Source of the DNA: a virus
Lineage: Duplodnaviria; Caudoviricetes
IMG/VR virus record: IMGVR_UViG_3300031088_000758
Reading direction: 5' to 3' (one strand)
Length of the DNA stretch: 64,000 bases
This document shows, in pieces, positions 59,271 through 64,000 of the stretch (position 1 is the first letter of the stretch; each line of letters starts with the position of its first letter). The notes under the pieces were generated by a model, which saw only the letters and a list, made by a program, of their open reading frames with translations, was not told the DNA's origin and searched no databases. The position numbers and the translations under genes were made by a program.

Positions 59271-60977
59271 TTAAATAATTTTAACTGTTAACTTCCACTT
59301 TTGTTTTCCGCAATCCCATATTCTATATATATTGTTCAAAACAGCTAACTGTGACTCCGATAAGTCTTCATCGTATAGAAGCTTAGCGTTATTTTTAAAT
59401 GTAGACTTTCTGAAAGAAAATTTATGAAATCTTTTCTTTCCAATTACGTACATATAGTTTGGTTTTAAATTTTTTTCCAAGATAAATCCATTTGATGAGT
59501 ATAATTTTCCGTTGCTTTTACAATTGTCACTAAAAGTATATATGTATTTTACGTTTTTTATATCTTTTGTTGCATGATGCAAAAGTTTGCTAAAACCACC
59601 TTGTACATTTTGAGAAGAACAAAATCTAATTATATTATATGTATCTTCTTCATTCTGTGTTTTATTAAGAACTATTACAGAAACAATTTCATTATCATAT
59701 TTTAAAGCATAATTGTATTTTCCATCAACTTCACCTTGAACATGGTGTTTTAGAAGAAAGGATTTTGCTTCTTTTGGTGAGATTTTCTCAATAATTGTTT
59801 TTCTAGCTGGAATTTTTTCAAGGTCAGAAATATGCAACTTGGACTTTATGAGATTTTCTATGATTTTTCTTTTATTCTTCCATTCATCTTCCCATATTGT
59901 TATTAGTTGAATTCCTTGATTTTGGCACTCTTTCCACTTATCATAATGATAATTTTTTGTTCTACCAGATATTTCACTATGCCAATATATCCCATTCATT
60001 TCAATAGCGATTTTTTGGGATGGAATATAAAAATCTAGCTTTTTTCCGTTCAAAATTTTTCGGTCATTTTTAATAATCGTTTCATTTTTTAAAAAACCTT
60101 TTAAAAAGTTAAACATTTCTGTTTCTTGGGACGATTCGATGGGATAGCAGATTATGCATCTTCCATTTCCGTTTGTTCGATGAAATATATACGCATTCCA
60201 CTCATGACCTTTATCACATTCCCATAAAGCTTTGTAGCAAGATTGATATGTATATGCTGATAAAGGTTTTTCGTTGTTATCCGACCATTCGTTTTTTAAA
60301 AGAGGATATAAAGTCTCTAAATCGTTAACCCCATTTTCATTTATAACACCACGACAATATGGACATGCTTCTAGTTTTTTTTCGCTTATTCTGTGATATA
60401 GAGAGGATTCCCAAACATGTTTGTTATTATGGCGACAAACCCATTTAGCATTTATTCTATAATCTTCTATTGCAACTCCCCAGATACTCTCAACAGGGAT
60501 ATCATTATCAATATGGTATTCTTCAGCTATTTCAGGATAAGAAGTTTGCAAATCGTTGTATCCTACTTTTTTTAAATAACCACTGCAATAAGGACACCCA
60601 CGATTTAAAATAACAGCATTTTTTATTATTTGTTCATATTCATGTCCCTTATCGCAAAGAAACAGTGCGCGTCTTTTTGAACCACGTGTTACATCAGTAG
60701 GAGAGTATGGACTGTTATGTGAAAATTTTTCAATCATTTGTGGATCGGTAGTTGCTACATCATTAAATCCTACAAGAACTCTTTGCCCAGCACAGTAAGG
60801 GCATTTTAATCCACGTTCTATTCTATGAACTAATTTGAGCGTATAATCATGACCTATAGGACATTCCCATATATAATCATAACTTTTATGAAGTTCTTTC
60901 CAAGAAGATAAGTTTTTATTAGACCATTCATTTTTTAATTCAGGATAGTTATCTAAATTTATTAACGGATGTTTCAT
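59271..60977 (-). CDS. Zn-ribbon repeats + Vsr-like endonuclease + ARK..GG.SK domain
   Basis: CPYC repeats; LDFYIP..IEMNGIYWH..IWEDEW; PARKT..GGFSKLL..IWDCG. Confidence 0.82.
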   Translation of the reverse strand: MKHPLINLDNYPELKNEWSNKNLSSWKELHKSYDYIWECPIGHDYTLKLVHRIERGLKCPYCAGQRVLVGFNDVATTDPQMIEKFSHNSPYSPTDVTRGSKRRALFLCDKGHEYEQIIKNAVILNRGCPYCSGYLKKVGYNDLQTSYPEIAEEYHIDNDIPVESIWGVAIEDYRINAKWVCRHNNKHVWESSLYHRISEKKLEACPYCRGVINENGVNDLETLYPLLKNEWSDNNEKPLSAYTYQSCYKALWECDKGHEWNAYIFHRTNGNGRCIICYPIESSQETEMFNFLKGFLKNETIIKNDRKILNGKKLDFYIPSQKIAIEMNGIYWHSEISGRTKNYHYDKWKECQNQGIQLITIWEDEWKNKRKIIENLIKSKLHISDLEKIPARKTIIEKISPKEAKSFLLKHHVQGEVDGKYNYALKYDNEIVSVIVLNKTQNEEDTYNIIRFCSSQNVQGGFSKLLHHATKDIKNVKYIYTFSDNCKSNGKLYSSNGFILEKNLKPNYMYVIGKKRFHKFSFRKSTFKNNAKLLYDEDLSESQLAVLNNIYRIWDCGKQKWKLTVKII

Positions 60978-61026
60978 TGTATATTCTTATCTCTTAAGTC
61001 GTTTATAGGAATATCAACCTACCTCG

Positions 61027-61378
61027 TGGATCTGCAGGGATTCGAACCCTGGTGTTTCAGTAATTAATAATCTTTAAATCTACAAGTTTATTCATTCTTT
61101 AAAATTTCTCATATATTTAAGAATGACAGAAATCTATATGAGATTTTGTTTCTAAAATTCTTCATCAAGCCGAAACGTTCTTGATAAATAGGTTTCTTAG
61201 ATGACACCAGTTGATAAAATCAGAAACCAAAATCATATCCTGGTGGATCACGCAGCTAAGGCGAAATCGTTTTTATTTGCGTTTGCAATTATATTTATTT
61301 GAATCTTTTTGACATCTATTATTCAAAGATGACTTGCATCAAAGGTTTTATTACCGAAGTCGAGACCAATTCAGACCC
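61027..61378 (-). ncRNA. ssrA: tmRNA (about 352 nt), tag ANANKNDFALAA
   Basis: 5' GGGTCTG pairs with 3' CAGATCC-A (G3:U); GGTCTCGAC D-like loop; T arm CAGGG-TTCGAAT-CCCTG; tag ORF 61286-61248. Confidence 0.95.
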
Positions 61379-61400
61379 TTATTTATTTTTCAATATAGTC

Positions 61401-61428
61401 ATTATATCAATATTAACAAAAAAGTCAA
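61401..61428 (-). promoter_or_regulatory. SigA-like promoter of tmRNA
   Basis: TTGACT-N16-TATAAT. Confidence 0.6.
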
Positions 61429-61442
61429 GTTTTTAAAAAATA

Positions 61443-62171
61443 TCAACCATCAGAAGCATCCTGAACTGATTGAGCATTAGCATAGATTGATTCATAAGTT
61501 TTTTGCCCATCAATTTTCCAAACACCATTTACATAAGTTAAATGCAAAGAAGATGTACCTAAAACATCATTAACAACTTGTTCTTCCTCATTTATAAGCA
61601 TTGTTAATTTGGAATATGATACAGTAGCTGAATTACCATCTATTGTAATACTTTCATCTGGAACTGTCATTTTTACTGTCTGTTCAGATAAAGGGCTTAA
61701 AAAAACAGAAGAAGCAATAATCAAAAGATTCAATACTGCACGATCTTTGTCATTCATTTGAGAATAATCAAAAAAGTCTGCGGAAGGATTAAGCTCTTGA
61801 ATACGATCAGCAAGTTCTTTTGCCTGTTCTTCGTTTAAATCATCGAATTCTGAAAAAGGATCAGTAGTATTAGCAAAAGCCTCATAAGAAGCATCACCGG
61901 ATACTTCTCTTATGATTTTTTCTACTTCTTCAGAGTTTTTCATAGCAGTAGATGAATCCGAAATCAAATGTGAATAATAACTATTTACGGTCTCTGATAC
62001 ACCTTCGTTGTTCTTGCTGCTTGAAGTGTTTTTATCTTCTTCACCACCATTATCTGACGCTGACGATGATGCTGCAGGCGGATCAGTTTTTTCCTGTGTA
62101 CATCCAGTAATAGCAAGAGATAGAGCTATAATAACGCTACTACTAAGGATGGCGATTTTATTGTTTTTCAT
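61443..62171 (-). CDS. lipoprotein
   Basis: signal peptide with lipobox LAITG-C, Ser-rich linker. Confidence 0.8.
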   Translation of the reverse strand: MKNNKIAILSSSVIIALSLAITGCTQEKTDPPAASSSASDNGGEEDKNTSSSKNNEGVSETVNSYYSHLISDSSTAMKNSEEVEKIIREVSGDASYEAFANTTDPFSEFDDLNEEQAKELADRIQELNPSADFFDYSQMNDKDRAVLNLLIIASSVFLSPLSEQTVKMTVPDESITIDGNSATVSYSKLTMLINEEEQVVNDVLGTSSLHLTYVNGVWKIDGQKTYESIYANAQSVQDASDG

Positions 62172-62297
62172 ACTATTACCTCAGTTTTTCAAATTGGATA
62201 TATTTGATAGAAATTTAAACCCATATGATTATATTGCTTCTGCAGATTTTAAATACCATGTTAATTCAATAGTTTTAAACTATACTTTGAAATTTAC

Positions 62298-62867
62298 TCA
62301 TTGAGAATCTTTGACAATTTTAGGTGTGCGGTCAGGCTCTTCATTATTGATGATTGCTTCTAAATCAGGATCGAAATAATTATCGCCTTTTAAAATTTTT
62401 CCAAAGGGCTTTACTTTTCCATCGTGTTTAGCTGGGGTCACACCATCTGAAAGAACAGGATTTCCTTCATCATCAAGTTTACTCATGTTCGAAGCGTGAA
62501 TTTCGTCAAAGATTTTATCTGCTGGAATACCAGCTTCAATGTTAAGACCCTCAATGACGTAGACTAAATCACCTAATGCATCAGCAGCTTCAACAACATC
62601 ACGTGTTCCATCATCTGCTTTTTGTGCTTTAAGCCATCCCTCTTCTATAATTGCTCCAGCTTCATGACCATAGACAGCTTCAACTAATTCAGCAAACTCT
62701 TCAGCAATAAGTGTCATCTTCAGATGAAGCCTATCTTCACTGATGTTTTCTGGTTTTAGTGATGCTGGACCTTCTGAAACAAACTCCTGTTGGTTAAATC
62801 CTTCATAAAATTCTCGAACCTTATCGTTACTTGTTTTAAAGTTGCTCACGTTAAAATCTCCATTCAT
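62298..62867 (-). CDS. MazG-like/PRA-PH nucleoside triphosphate pyrophosphohydrolase
   Basis: LIAEEFAEL, EAADALGDLVYV, EIHASNMSK, GKILKG. Confidence 0.88.
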   Translation of the reverse strand: MNGDFNVSNFKTSNDKVREFYEGFNQQEFVSEGPASLKPENISEDRLHLKMTLIAEEFAELVEAVYGHEAGAIIEEGWLKAQKADDGTRDVVEAADALGDLVYVIEGLNIEAGIPADKIFDEIHASNMSKLDDEGNPVLSDGVTPAKHDGKVKPFGKILKGDNYFDPDLEAIINNEEPDRTPKIVKDSQ

Positions 62868-62928
62868 TCACTTCTTGTGTGTGTTTCGTTGTTAAATTAC
62901 TTTAAAAATATCTTAACAATAAAAGGCG

Positions 62929-62972
62929 CTAAAAAGCCAAGCTAAGAATAAATACTTAGCTTGGCTTTTTAG
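62929..62972. terminator. terminator
   Basis: 18-bp perfect IR. Confidence 0.75.
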
Positions 62973-62983
62973 ATGTTTAGTTC

Positions 62984-64000
62984 TCAACGCTTACGAAGCA
63001 TAGAAAGGTTCGTAAGAACAGTTCGGTTATTGACCGAGATTCCCGTATCAGAAGCAACAGGAATTAGAGCAGAAATAGCCTGATGAATGGTTACAGCCGG
63101 GATATTACCAGGCCAGACAGCATTAACTTTGGCTGTTCCTGAATCAGTAGGCATAAAGACAACCATTGCCGAAACTTCCATGTCAGGATAATGCTTCTTG
63201 AATCGTTCCTTAGCCATACTCATGTTCTTGCTCATCTTACGAGGCTTATTAACAAACTTTCCAGTAGTGTTATCAACGCAAATCAGCTGGTCTCCGTGAG
63301 ACGTATAAGTAACATCACCAGAAGCATAAAACTTTGTATCCACCAGAATAATATTCTCACCCGTAACGATTACAGCATCAATGTCAGTCTTGTACTTGGA
63401 ATCAGGTCGGGAAGGGTCATTCTCAGAAGGCATAGCAATGGACCAAAAAGAGTTCACATTGTCAATAATCGTGTTATGAGAAGCCTTGTTTAGGGGAAGA
63501 ACAACCTTAGAGAGAGCCTTAGAGAAGTTAACCTCACCCTTCTTACCTGTCTTAACATTGTAGTTACTCATATGAGAAGCAGCTTCAAGACCCACACCGG
63601 GAACACCACGCATATAAGGGGTCTGAGGAACATTCAGATTATCCATAACACGCGGCTCATACCCGGTAATTCGACCAGGAGCAGAAGCCTTATTGATGAT
63701 ATTCTCGGGGTTGAGATAGGGCTGCTCCACGGAAATCTTATTAGTGCTACGAGAAGGAGCATGAAGATTAGAAGTAGAGGAAGGCTTTGAATCGTGAGTG
63801 TAGAAAGAGTTTCGAGTAATGATTCGAACAATAGGGAAAGTCTTGATCGTAATCTTAGCAGCATATCGAAGAACTACGGCAAGCACAACAGCGCTAATGA
63901 CAACACCAAAGAAGCCAAAATCAGGGAACCAGATAAAGACAACAATGCCTAGACGCCACATGATCATCCAAGTCATCTTGATAGTGTCAAAGATACTCAT
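62984..64000 (-). CDS. membrane-anchored NERD-domain protein (start may lie beyond window)
   Basis: N-term TMs; GKKGE..F, DIDAVIV..LVDTKFY. Confidence 0.75.
   Translation of the reverse strand: MSIFDTIKMTWMIMWRLGIVVFIWFPDFGFFGVVISAVVLAVVLRYAAKITIKTFPIVRIITRNSFYTHDSKPSSTSNLHAPSRSTNKISVEQPYLNPENIINKASAPGRITGYEPRVMDNLNVPQTPYMRGVPGVGLEAASHMSNYNVKTGKKGEVNFSKALSKVVLPLNKASHNTIIDNVNSFWSIAMPSENDPSRPDSKYKTDIDAVIVTGENIILVDTKFYASGDVTYTSHGDQLICVDNTTGKFVNKPRKMSKNMSMAKERFKKHYPDMEVSAMVVFMPTDSGTAKVNAVWPGNIPAVTIHQAISALIPVASDTGISVNNRTVLTNLSMLRKR

Noticed and set aside
61027-61060. Stand-alone tRNA
   Set aside because: The T arm and acceptor belong to the tmRNA; there is no anticodon arm.
1-64000. Alternative genetic code
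   Set aside because: Long conserved genes read through under the standard code and end at TGA, TAA or TAG. The gene splits are explained by inteins or one indel.

Overview
AT-rich, densely coding window with no ribosomal-protein, rRNA or virion structural genes. It is best read as part of a large mobile replicon (jumbo phage or megaplasmid). The host is probably a Micrococcales-type actinobacterium, inferred from a truncated Wag31/DivIVA, actinobacterial-type SLH repeats, PncA/PncB/NrtR and a tmRNA tag ending DFALAA. Main observations: (1) at least eight unrelated enzymes/effectors share one N-terminal His-Cys-Cys-His tag of about 45 aa, suggesting an undescribed tagged-cargo delivery system; (2) an FtsK-family ATPase is broken into three or more genes joined by two split class-3 (Ala1/WCT) inteins, including an IntC-extein-IntN middle piece; (3) DnaE is split just before its catalytic PDxDxD motif by what looks like a catalytically dead split-intein remnant, and also carries a cis intein; (4) four secreted HExxH proteins share a C-terminal domain with swapped SLH/SH3b anchors; (5) the window also has an NAD/ADP-ribose and RNA-repair toolkit, a tmRNA, many Zn-ribbon/Vsr-like endonuclease genes, a repeated palindromic element with covariation, and a positionally conserved GATA upstream motif. 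All family assignments come from motif recognition by eye; no database searches were run.
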